Below, one piece after another: positions 26,850 through 38,848 of a DNA stretch of 62,000 nucleotides. The translations under genes were made by a program, and so were the position numbers. The notes under the pieces were generated by a model. The model worked only from the letters and a program-made list of their open reading frames with translations. It was not told where the DNA came from and made no database searches. Positions within the stretch are counted from its first letter, which is position 1; every line of letters begins with the position of its first letter. This stretch comes from Vicugna vicugna (Eukaryota), in contig MU058531.1 in NCBI GenBank assembly GCA_013265495.1, positions 1,548,911-1,610,910 on the forward strand, written 5' to 3'.

Positions 26850-28484
26850 CTATCCCAGAGTGTTTGGTTAGAAAAGGATGCAAAGAAACTTAATTTCTCA
26901 GCTTTTGTAGTATGATTTGATGGCTTATTTTTCCCAGTGATGAAGCTGTGACTAGGTGAATTAAAAGACATTATATAGCAGAAACATGTCTGCAGTGGCG
27001 TAGGTAACGTGAATAAAACTGCATGTCCAGGGAACCCTCATCTCTGCTGGGCCAGAAATGTAGGAATTGTCTGGGGATCAGGAGAATGGTGTCTCCTAAA
27101 GTTTAAAATTCTTATAGAGAAACTCCCAGTATCTAAGAAGATGCTTACTAATTCAGTGTACTCATCCATCAAGTGCCTTCTGTGATCCAGGCACGGTTCT
27201 TGGCACTGATAATTCAATGTGAAGCATATTAGCCAGAGTCTCTACACTTACAGAGCTTAGAGAGAAACAGGAATGCATCAGGAATGTTCTCAGCTACAAG
27301 TAACAGAAAATCCAGCAAGCAGTATCTTTCTAAAAAGTAGAACAATTTTTCTCCATCACAAAAAGTCTGCGGGTAGAGAGTCCACGGCTGCTTTAGCAGC
27401 TCAACAGTATCATCAAAGTCCCTGTGTGTTTCCTTCTGTTCACCCCAAATCTTCAGCACGGTAGCTCTTCAGTTTTGTTTATTGCCATGTCCCAAGATGG
27501 CAGCCACAGCTCTAGATATTATATCTATGCTTAAGGCAAAAAGAGACAGTAGAGTCAACCAGATCTGATTATTTTATTCAAAATGCAAAGACTTCCCAAG
27601 TAGTCCCTCAGCTAATCTTTGCTTCGATTCCATTGGCCAAAGTGGTTGCAGGAATCAGCCCTAGCTGTGCAAGGGGGGCTGGAAATACAAGTAGCTGGTG
27701 AACGGAATTACAGTGAATGACTAATCATAACTCAGCCTCTGAGACTAGGCCATTGTCATCCCGAACAAAACCAGGGTAATCAGAAGCGCTAAACAAAGTC
27801 CTGGCATGCAGGGAGTAGGGAGGGATGGCAGGTAGCTGACTAAAACTGTCTGTCACAGTGAGTGAGATTCAAACCAATATGGGGAGACCCCACTGGAGTT
27901 CACTGTCAAAGGCTGTAAACACCTGGCCGTCCCAGCTGCCCATCTGGCTGAGGACATACCTTGGGACCCCAGGCATGCTTCGCTCAGCGGGGAATGTGGA
28001 ACCAGGGCCAGAAGCAGCAGCCACTGCTGCGGCATCAGTGGTGACCATGTTGTGTGTTAATGTTCAATTGTCTACATGTGTCCTGGGCTTATAACCTGTC
28101 TGATTACTTGGAGACACTAGAAGTGTCTTCTCTGCTATTACAGCTAATTCCTTGGAATTAGGCACCTACTAAGCTTCTCCCTAGACCGTAGATCTCTAAG
28201 TGCCCCCTTTCTTTACTTAGGTACTCGCTCTCTGCAAAGAAAGAAATACCAGCCTAAATTCCCACCAAATGGGGGATAGTTAAAGAAACTGTAGTATATC
28301 TTTACAATGAAATACCGTATGGCAATTAGAGAGAATGATGCAATTCTATACGTGCTGACATGGAAAAATCTCCAAGGTGTTTTGTTAGATGAAAAAAGTC
28401 AAATTGTGAGACAACACATAGAGCATGACACCACGTATGTCTAAGAGAACGTCTGTGGTGATTGTAAACATGTCCATAAATGCT

Positions 28485-28940
28485 GTGATACAACTCCCTT
28501 CAACCCCTCTCCCCATGAGTGTGGGCTGGGTTCAAAGATCCACTTCTAATGAATAGAACTAAGTAGAATCTAGTATGTGACTTCAGAGACAAAATCATAA
28601 AAAGTGCTGTGGCTTCGACCTCACTCATGCTCTCTCAGAGTGCTCACTCTGGGGGAAGTTAGTTGCCAGTCACAAGGACACCCAAGCAGCCTATGGAGAC
28701 ATTCATGTGACAAGAAACTGAAGCCTCCTGCCAACAGCCAAGAGTGAGCCATCTTGAAAGAAGGTTCTACACATCCAGTCTAGCCTTCAGATGATCGCAG
28801 CCCCTGCCGACATCCAACCATGTGAGGACCTGACTTAGAACCACCCGGCTAAACTACTCCTAAATAACTGACCCACAGGAACTGGGAGATAACAAATATT
28901 TGCTGTTATCAGACACTAAGTTTTGGTGTAATTTTGGTGC
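28485..28940 (+). mobile_element. MLT1 (MaLR) solo LTR
   Basis: gaactgaagcctcctgccaacagcca...ccagtctagccttcagatga...gataactaata. Confidence 0.8.
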
Positions 28941-29859
28941 AGTGATGGATAACTAATATGACCTCCTTATTTGCATAAATAATAAGACTTAAGCCCTTAT
29001 TCTGTGTTAATCACCATTTTTAAAGTACCTACATTTAATCCCCCCAACAACCCTATAGAGCCCAATGTTACCCTTATTTTACAAAGGAAGAAACCAAGGC
29101 AGAGAAGCAGAGTAATCTGCGGAGGGATGTATGGCAATTTGAACCCAGGCAATCTTAGAGTGACTACTTGTAATCTTGTGTACTATACTGTGTGTGTGTT
29201 GCAGGTGTTCTGGAGTGTTGTGTGGTGTGGGCATAGAAAAAATATGGGAGATACATATCAAAGTGTTGACCACAGTTACTCCTGGGGACAAAGGCAGAAC
29301 TGGAGAGAAAGAAGGGAAAAGGGACATTCTCATTTTTTCTCAACTAACTTCTGTGTGTTAAAGTTTTTTACAACAAGGTATATTAATGTAATATTTGTGT
29401 AATTAAAATTTTAACTGAGCTGGTAACAGATGTATTCCTTTCAAAGAAATGAAATGTTAGGGAAAGAATGGGCACATCTGACCAGACACAAGTCAGCAAC
29501 GATGGATCTGCTTAGGGGTGACTCAGATTGGCACCTTCTGTGGAATCGCAGGTGGGGGAGGACTCCCAGCTCCCTTCCCACTCTAGTCCCTCCAGCCCCG
29601 GGCTCCCCCACCCCAGCCTATGAGGCAGGTAGAAGGTGTGCCCTCCCTGATCCAAAGGATTCTCTCCGGCCATGCCCAGGAGTCCTGCCACTTCCTCCAT
29701 GGCTGCACACATGCTTGTCAGGGTGTGACTCGGGACACCTTATCTGGGGACCACAAGTAGGACCGCTGGCCAGGAGCCAGGATTCTCAGTCTGGGCCTGA
29801 GCCTGGTTCAGGAATAGACTCTGAGAGCGGAGTGCTTGGGGCTTCTCCCCTTGTGACTG

Positions 29860-30479
29860 GGAAGGATCATGTGGCCGGTGTGCACCCTGACACTGTCCTT
29901 GTCACTGTGGGCAAGATATATTTAGCATCTGGCCTGTGCCAGAGCTGTCAGTAGAACCTCACTGCCTTGGTTACTCCGGGGCACTGGTCACAACCTAATC
30001 CTGTCTATTTTTGTAAGCTCAGTTTGTAGAGCAGTGATAAACGTTATCTTTCTGATGCAAGACACGGTCAGATGGACCTGCCCAGTGGACTGTTGCAGTC
30101 TGGGCACCAGGTGATGAATGGCCTTGAGCTTCTGATACGTGAGAAGTCACACCACCACCCGCTCTCCTCCCCAATGGCTACGGCGTGGTTGGAGTTTCAC
30201 CCAGCTTGCAGGAACGGGACTGTCACGTGTGAGTGCTGGGCACCTGACCAATAAGCCCACGAAGAAGGCTTTTTCCTCATTCCAGAAGGAAAGGAAATCA
30301 GGGATTAGATAACAAATCCTTGCCCTCAAAGTCTCCATTTCTTGAGCAACAATCGCAGCAGACCTCGTTGATCAATCCCAGTGATCTTTTCCATGGAGCC
30401 CTCAGAATTCCCATGGGAGACCATCCCTGGAAGCCTCTACCAGTGAACACCAATCCCTCCCTATGGTGAAAACCAGGAG
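29860..30479 (-). pseudogene. Exon remnant H: GREB1 central region leading into the permuted helicase
   Basis: Acceptor ...cccacccaaagacag|. LLVFTIGRDWCSLVEA..PWEF / SMEKITG ~ VVVLGQHQSRALAES..SEF / SYELITG. LLTYQKLKAIHHLV..STGQVHLTVSCIRKITFITALQTELTKIDRIRL (29991-30146) ~ [51 protein letters not shown]. Confidence 0.8.
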
Positions 30480-31323
30480 CTGTCTTTGGGTGGGAGGGAA
30501 TGAAAAAGACAGCGGTGGAGATTTGATTAAGAGGGTGAGATGGTGGCGATGAGGCGAGGGCGTGTGGGTGCATCACAGTGGCAGGGACGAATCACGAGGG
30601 CTGAATGCTGCAATTTGAACATTAGTAAGAGCCAGTGAAGACACTGGGTACAAGAGAGAACTGGAATGACAGCTTCTTTTGTCATGTGACCCTGGGTAAA
30701 TCCCTTTCCTACTCCGGTCCTCAAACGTCCTACCTGTAAAATGAGTGAGTTGGACCAGAAACTTTATGACCACATCTAGCTCTGACATCCTAGAAGTCAT
30801 GCTGTTTACTATAGCACAGAATTCAGTGACTGCCAGCCACAGTGCCCCTTAGTTTTCTCTCTAGGGTCATGTGGAAGAGATTGCTGGTGACTTCCCAATA
30901 TCCTTTCCCTCTTCTTCCTTAGTAACCGAATCCCAGATTTTAGCTGTGCAATTGCCGCTCAGCAAAAAGACTCAATTTCCCAGGTTCCCAGCAACATAAC
31001 TGTGATCTATCCAATAAGATGTAAGGGGCCGTGTCATGTGGGACTTTGGGAAACTCTCCTTATAAAGGAAAGGCTGATGTGATGGGTAACACAATCTCTG
31101 CCTTCAAGTTGCCAGTTTGAGAGAGAGAAATAAAGTACTGGAACAATTAGCTTAAAAATGACAAGGATATACATGCTTTTGTCTTTCACCAGTTCTTCTG
31201 GATGTTTCATTCAGTCCTCCGGGAAGAAGAAAAAATTTCGAAAAACTTTTTCATTTGACAAACCATCATTCCACGTTGCCACCCACATTACATCAGTGTT
31301 CATCCTCAATATGACCCTTCTTG

Positions 31324-32038
31324 TTTTTTTATTGAAGTATAGTCAGTTTACAATGTTGTGTCAATTTCTGGTGTACAGCATAATGTTTCAGTCATACATA
31401 TACATACATATATTCCTTTTCATATTCTTTTCCTTTATAAGTTACTACAAGATATTGAATATAGTTCCCTGTGCTATACAATAGGACTTTGTTGTTTATC
31501 TATTTTATATATAGTTGTTAGTATCTGCAAATCTCAAACTTCCATAGAGTGCTGCTCTGAACACTGGGATGCATGTATCTTTTTGAATTAGAGTTCCCTT
31601 TGGTTATATGCCCAGCAGTGGGATTGCTGGATCACATAGTAAGTCTGTTTTTAGTTTTTTGAGGAATCTCCATGCTGTTTCCCACAATGGCTGCACCAAA
31701 CTATATTCCCATCAACATTGTAGGAGGGTTCCCTTTTCTCCACAGCCTCCCCAGCATTTATCGTTTGTGGACTTGTGAATGATGGCTATTCTGACTGGTA
31801 TGAGGTGATATCTCATTGCAGTTTTGATTTGCATTTCTCTGATAATTAGTGATATTGAGCATTTTTTTTCATGTGTTTATTGGGTATTTGTATATCTTCA
31901 TTGGAGAATTGATTGTTTAGGTCTTCCCATTTTTGGATTGGGCTGTTTATTTTTTTGTTATTAAGTTGTATGAGCTATTTATATATTTTGGAAATTAAGC
32001 TCTTGTCAGTCTCATCATTTGCAAATATTTTCTCCCAT
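31324..32038 (-). mobile_element. 5'-truncated L1 with 16-bp TSD, nested in an MLT1 LTR (~31160-32400)
   Basis: TSD aatatgacccttcttg (31308-31323) / aatatgagccttcttg (32039-32054); poly-T start; antisense ORF2 end. Confidence 0.85.
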
Positions 32039-35000
32039 AATATGAGCCTTCTTGGCTGCAATTAGTCCAAGCATCCTGTCCTCATCCAACAAACTCCAAA
32101 GCCATAGAGACTAAGACCATAGCCTTTACTATCATTGCTCTTTAAGATGGAGGAAAACTTTCCCAAAATCCCCCTCAACAGGCTTCCCTCATGTTGGTTG
32201 GAGCTGCACCACACACTCATCCTCAAACCAGTCACTGACAAAGAGAGTAGAATTCTTATGATTGGCTCAAACTAATCAAGATTCGTTCTCTGGGGACAGA
32301 GAAGGGTAGGTAAGGTCATCCCTGGAATCATGGCTACCCAATATCAAACAAAACTGGGGTTCTGCTAGGAAGGAACAAAGCAGGAAATGGCTGTTGGATA
32401 GGCAATGAAAAGTTCTACCAAACCATGTAATCTTGGTTATTAATTTTCCCTCTCTGTGCCTTACTTTCCTTCTCTGTAAAATGGGAAGAATGCACTAGAA
32501 GATCTATGAAGCACTCCAAGTTAACATCCCAACTGATTATGAGTGCCTAGTGGTAGTGGCAGAAGATGCTCCCAAACTGACTGGCATTTAGAGTCACAGC
32601 AGCATCAAAATAGCCTAAGAAGGGCTAGAAAGGATTCATGAAGGTGATAAGGCTGTGGTGTCTTTTGTGACTGTAGCCTCCTTCTCCAGGGAGCCCCCTT
32701 ATAACATAAATGTCCCCCTTCGCCTCTCTCAAGTCATTGGCCTTTCTAAGAGAATGCTGATGCCCATCACTAACCAGACCTCACCCATCCACCCAGTCAT
32801 TCATTCATTTATTTCCCACTTTGGACCTACTATATATTCTGAACTCTTATATCGAGCCTCCACTCTACTGGAGGATAAAGTGAAGAAGGATTTAGGGATA
32901 AATTGAAGAAGGATTTAGGGGTGAGGTGGGGGGTGGGTGGAAGAAGAGCTTTAAAATCCAGGTACCAGACTCCCTCTGCCAGCGCATTAAATTCTAATTC
33001 ACAAATCACTTCTCCCAGGAAACTCACCAGATTCCTCCAGAATTCTGCTCAACCTGGAGCATGTTGTACCCTTGGAGACACATTCTTACCTGCCAGGAGA
33101 ATGAAGTCACAAAGCAAACATGATGCCTCTTTCTGAAGCATCAGATAATATGAAGGTTGGGGAAGAAGGCGAATTAAGTAATGAAAGTGATCAATAGTTT
33201 AAAACATTAACTGAGGTTGAATTAACAATGGGTATATTAGAAAGGGAGGATGGTATGGATTTTTTGAAAGAGATAAGATTTCTAAGAATGTCAAGCTTTG
33301 AGCTATGGCTCACACTTAGAGAGTGACAGATATTCATCCTCCTTGGTCACTATGGGAACCAGGAGAGGAGAGTCTGAATCCCCATTCATTCAAACCCCTG
33401 GCTCTGCCACTTACCTGCTTAATAGCTCAGTGTCCTTCAGAAAGTATTTAAACTCTGGAAGTCTGTTTTCTCATCTCTTAAAGGAACCTTATTTTTAAAT
33501 GGAGGGGTTAACCTCTCTGACCTCATTGAATGAGTGTAAGGGCCAGAAGTGATAGTGCCTGGAAATGCTTAGTATGGAGCCTCAATAAATATTAGTTTTT
33601 TTTTAAGTAATATGTGCTTGCTAGTCAAAACAAAATGTGTTTTAAGCACCTACTATGTGCCAAGTACTGTGAGAGGCAGTAGGGAAATAAAGATAAGAAG
33701 AGAATATCCATCAATCAAGTGCCTACTTTGTACCAGGCACTGGGCAAGGTCTGAGCCAGGTGCTTTAACATATAATTTTTCACTTAAAGACAAATAAAAT
33801 GCAATCTGAGTGTTTTAGGGGCAAGGCGATGTGCTGAGGGCACAGGATGCTCAGTGCTTGGAACTTTACTTCATTGGATTGTCATGACTATGAGAGTCAT
33901 TTACTCCACTTCCAGTGTTTTCTTTTAAAACCCAATTCCCTTAATTTATAACAATGCACCCTGGGAATTCTTGGTAGATATGTGTTATAGTCAATCACTA
34001 AAAGCAAGAGGCCAGAGACACCATGAGCAACTACCAGTTACCAAAACCCTACCACCTCTAATTTACCTTAGCCATCACCTCCAGCCTCCTATATCACTAG
34101 ATCATTTTTTTTAACTGAGGTATAGTTGATGTATAATATATGTTTCAGGTGGACAACATAGTGATTCACAATTTGTAAAGATTATAGTCCATTTATAGTT
34201 ATTGTAAAATATTGGCTATGTTCCCTGTGTTGTACAATATATCTTTGTAGCTTCCTTATTTTATACATCGTTTGTACCTCTTAATCTCCTCCCCCATCTT
34301 GCATCTCCCCAACCATATCACTTTTTGCACTTTATATCACTTTTGCTCTCAGACCATATGCCACAGTTGGAATTCTTGCTGTGTCCCTTACCACCTGAGG
34401 AAACTTGGGCAAGCCACTCGACCTCTCCAAATGTCTTTTTTTTTTTTCATTTCCAAAATAGGAATAAAAATAGTTCTTCCTCCTAGGATTGAGTGGCTGT
34501 TTCCTATGTGTTAAGCAGGACAAAAATGGCTCCAACCTTATATGATTGAATGAGATAATACAACTAAGCTCTTAGCACATTGCCTGGGACACAGAAAGCA
34601 TAACATAAATGAAGTAGTGGCTGTTATAATAATCATTATTATTAGTTCCTTACCGCTGTGCATAACCTTTTACCTGAGCTAGCACACTGGCTCGTTTTGC
34701 TGCTTAGTATGAGTCATCTCATATCCCCTGGGATAAATATGAGAAAACCAGCGGGAGTCAGTGAAATGCAGAAGCAAGTGAGTTCTCAGCTAGAATGATC
34801 CATTTTCAGGGATGATAACAGAACTACCCCTGACTGAGCAGTGTTGAGCTGGACTTTTTACCTGCCTCTTCAGAATTAATCCTAGAATTACTCAGTGAGG
34901 AAGCTGCCAGCCCTCCACGTGGACCATTCATGAGCCTCCTATTCTTCCTTCACAATCCCCTCTAGGGGGAAATGTCTCCTCTGACATCCATAAATATGAG

Positions 35001-38000
35001 GCATTTATGGTGTGTCCCTGGCTAGCTGACACCCAGCAGGATGATGTCATGTTATATAATCATTCCTTACCCCCTGCCATGTTAGCCCATTTGAATTTCT
35101 TTTCAGGGTGTTTATATGTGCTTCTGTGTGTTTTCCATTTTTCAGCCCAAGTGAGCAAACTGTCCTTTAGTTTATTGGAGTGCACATCAGATATTTTTTC
35201 AGAAACAGGAAATGGTCCTCCTTCCTAGATAGAAAGGCAGACCATTATCATAGGTTGGTTCCAGAGATCTTTGAGAAATAAGGAAGAAAATACTTGGGGA
35301 AACCTCATGGCAGGGATGTCTGAAGCAAGCGAACTGACATTGGGCATCTTAACCCTGCTTGGCCTCACTTTTCTTTTCTGCAAGATGAAGACATTGGACC
35401 CCACAATCTGCAGCTTGTTTCATTTACCCGTTATAGAAGTAACTGTCGAGCTCCTGGAGAGCCAAGCGCTGGAGACACCACAATGAACAAGACAGACTTG
35501 GTCCTGCTCTCAATGGAGCGTAACATTCTAGTCACAGAGACAATAAACAAATCAGTCTGGGCAGTGAGGAATACCATGAAAGAAATTAAGAGAGATGCAG
35601 AGATTGACAGGGCCTTGGGTGGGGCAGAGGAAGTAGCCTTGTTGGGATAGTCAGACAAGGCCCTTTTGAAAGCCACGTTTAGTCTGAGAATTGAACAAGG
35701 AGCCAGCCTTGGGGGAAGAGGGTGCCAGGCAGAGATTACAGTTACAAAACATTGTAAAATTTTCCTTGGGGGAACCGCCCGGGACTATATTTCAGGAGCC
35801 ACCGAGCTGGCCTGGACGAGAAAATGCTGTTTTCACCTACGCTGTGATGACACAGACCTCCAGCCCCTAGTAAGGGGCACGACCTGACCTGCAAACGTTC
35901 ACAAATGACTACTGCTTGCAAGGCTCAACGCCTGTAAGTCGGAATCATGGCTCAGAGCCAAGGGGCTGCAAGCGACTGAGAGGAATGCTTGCTGACCTTT
36001 CCGAGCAGCAATGACAATGATAAATGAAGTCAGGGGTTTGGATGCTCTCCCTTGACTATAAGAGGAAACAGGCTGATTGTGAGCTAGGGCTCATGTTCTG
36101 AAGCTTAAGTTTCACGAGCTACGCAGTTTCTAGAGCTATTTGCTCCCACAGAGCACGGCAGGCATTTGGACTTCAGAACTGATCTACTGGGCTTAAGGAC
36201 CAAGCTCTCAGCCAAGAGCTCTGAGCGGGGACCGCTCAGGGAAAGCCTGCAGCGTCTGCTCTGGGATGGGCTGGCCTGGCGGGCACACGGGTGACAGGCA
36301 ACATAAAGGGCCGTGCTGGGGATCAGAACACCTGGACCACAGTCCCAGAAGTGCTCACAGGAGTCAGGTAACCTCTCCAGCCATAGGAATCAAAACAAGA
36401 GAGCATCTGCTGGGGCCAGGCATGGCGTGGGCTCCTCACCTGCAGTATCTCATTCAGCCCTCAGCACAACCCCTCAGGGGAAGGGCTACCATTGTCTCTA
36501 CCAGACAGATGAGGCTGCAAGAGGTTTTGCCACTTTCCCAAGGTCACTCAGTGACAGAGGTGGGATTCTAACTTGGTCAGGTTAATTACAAGTTCCCTGT
36601 TCACTCTCTGAGCAATTCATCAGCGACACGGGAATAGGAATTATATGTATCTGCCCTCATGTAGTTATTGGGAGACTCAAACTGGATGAGAAGGTGGTTT
36701 GTAAACACTGATGCACTATTCCTGGGTCTGCTGGTCCCAGCATATACCCAGCAACCCCGCTGTCCGCACGGTTTCCTGCCCTGCCCCACCACACACCGAT
36801 TTCCACCCTCCTACTCCTGAATGGAAGACCCCCCTGCACCACTGCTGTAGCTACCTTTAAAATCACGGCCCACGCTGCCTCTGGGCGGTGGGACATCTGT
36901 TTCTCCGGAACAGCAGCAGCCCTGCCCCCGCCTGGCTGGGAAGTCTTGGTCTGCGGCCAGCAGTATGGGGAGGGTGCGTGGAAAATCTGAGGAGATGTCT
37001 TCCTGTCTTGGGAAGCAAGCCAAACTGCAGTTCGCTGGAGTTCTATAAATTATGCACCCAGAAAAGATCTCGTTTAGGAAGAAAAGAGAAAAAAAACATT
37101 TTGCTATTTGCTCGGTGAGTTGGGTTGGCTGAGCCAGGGCCAAATCCCACATATTTGACCTAACTTGCTTGCTGCATTTGCAAAACAGGCCTGTGTGCCA
37201 GGAGACAGCCAGGAAGACCACAGAACAGCCAGCAATTCTCCGCAGGCCATTTCCAGCCTCCTTTCCAACCCCTTGCTCCAGCCTGGGCCCGCAGCTTGGT
37301 TTCCTGGGCCTGGAAGCCTGAGGGGCTCAGGGGAAAGTGGGCCACCATGGCCTCCCTCTGCACGCTCCTTCCTCACTCCCTACGCCTTCGACCCTGTAAA
37401 GCCCAACTTCCAGAGGTACTGACCAGAGGACACCACCTCCAGGAAGCCTTCCCTGGGCCCTGAGGTTGGGCCAGGGCTCTTTCCTACAGTATGTAGCACT
37501 TATCCCCCTGTATTACTGGCTTGGTCACCAGCTGGTCTTCTACAGCCTCTGAGGGCAAAGGCCTTGTCAGTTTGGCTCCCTGTGCTACCCCCTAGCCGGG
37601 CATTTCAGTGAAGAAGTAAGTGAAGCCCACATAGGCATTTGCCAGTTCAGCTGCAGGAGCTCCCCAGCAGAAGACAGGCGTCCTGGGCATTGTGTTGTTG
37701 GCTTCATGTCGTGTTTTTCTGGCCTCATCCCCAACTCTTCTCAGCCTTCCATTAACTAGATGCTGCAGTTTCTCACCATTCTGTTTCTTCCCCGTCCTTG
37801 GCTTACCCCAGCCCCTGCACCCTATCCCTTCACCCTCAGTGCCAGTCCAACCTCTTCTCATGCAGGAAGTCTCACCCTAGCCCTCCCCAGCCTACCCGAG
37901 TCCCCCACCCCACCGGTTAGAAGCCCCGTATCTTGGATCGCGTAAAACCCTGCCATGCATATCACTGGGCTTACCACCTAAGCCTCCAGTGATTTGTTTA

Positions 38001-38527
38001 TGTAGCTGTCCCCACGTCCCCCAGACTCTGGGCTACTGGGGAGAAGAGACCTGTCTTAATCACCTCCCCGCCCCTGGCACTTAGCACAGTGCCTAACACG
38101 CAACAGCTGTTCAAAACATGCTTGCTGAATTAATTAATTGACTAACATATGTGGAAGGTAATAATAGCATGCGGGTCGCGGGGCGGAGTGTGAGTAGCCT
38201 CCCAGCAAGTGCTGTGGGCTCGGGGAAAAGAGCAATTGCCACAGGCTGGAGGGGGAAGGGACCCTGCGGAAGGAAAAGGTGATGTGAGCTAAAGCACAAA
38301 AGGCAGCACGGGGAAGGGGCGGAGGGCAGCAGGGGAAAAGCAAGGAGAAGTCTGCGCTTTGAAAAACATAAATCAGGTCATGGTCTACCCCTGCTTAAAA
38401 CACTGCTGGTTTCTCCCTGTGGTTAGAGGAAAATTCAAATATGTTACCAAAGCTTATGAGGCCCCATGGACTAACCCAGCCCTCAGACTTTGGAAAAAGG
38501 GAAACTGAGTCCCAGCATGACATTTAC

Positions 38528-38848
38528 AGGGATGCTATGATCATGGTGGTTTTCTTTAAAACTCTGGGGTTTTTGTTTAAAAAATTCCTTTGGCAAATCA
38601 TATGTAATAGTTTCACTGTGAATGTATTTGTCTTCAGTTTGAAATCCCTGGTACAACTTGCCAGAGGATTTTCCTTATGCGAACCAAGTCCTATGAGCCT
38701 TCCTTTATATAACGTAGTTGAGATTTTTGATTTTTCCATCGTGACCCATTTGAAAGTTGCTGTATTTAATGCTGTAGGAGCCTATTCTGAGATTGTTTCT
38801 CTTTTAAATTGTTTATCTTTTAAATTGCTAAACTTCAAGCCAAGTCTC
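38528..38848 (-). pseudogene. Exon remnant G (linker; weak similarity)
   Basis: Strong acceptor ttcttctctctctggttctcag|GAG in unique, coding-like A-rich sequence. Starts ETW (~ETL) and ends TTMIIAS (~YVVVICAS). Donor uncertain. Confidence 0.45.

Noticed and set aside
29430..29954. 174-aa plus-strand ORF, and similar ORFs at 9668-10168 and 38441-38944
   Set aside because: No recognisable domains; consistent with chance ORFs or antisense shadows of pseudo-exons.
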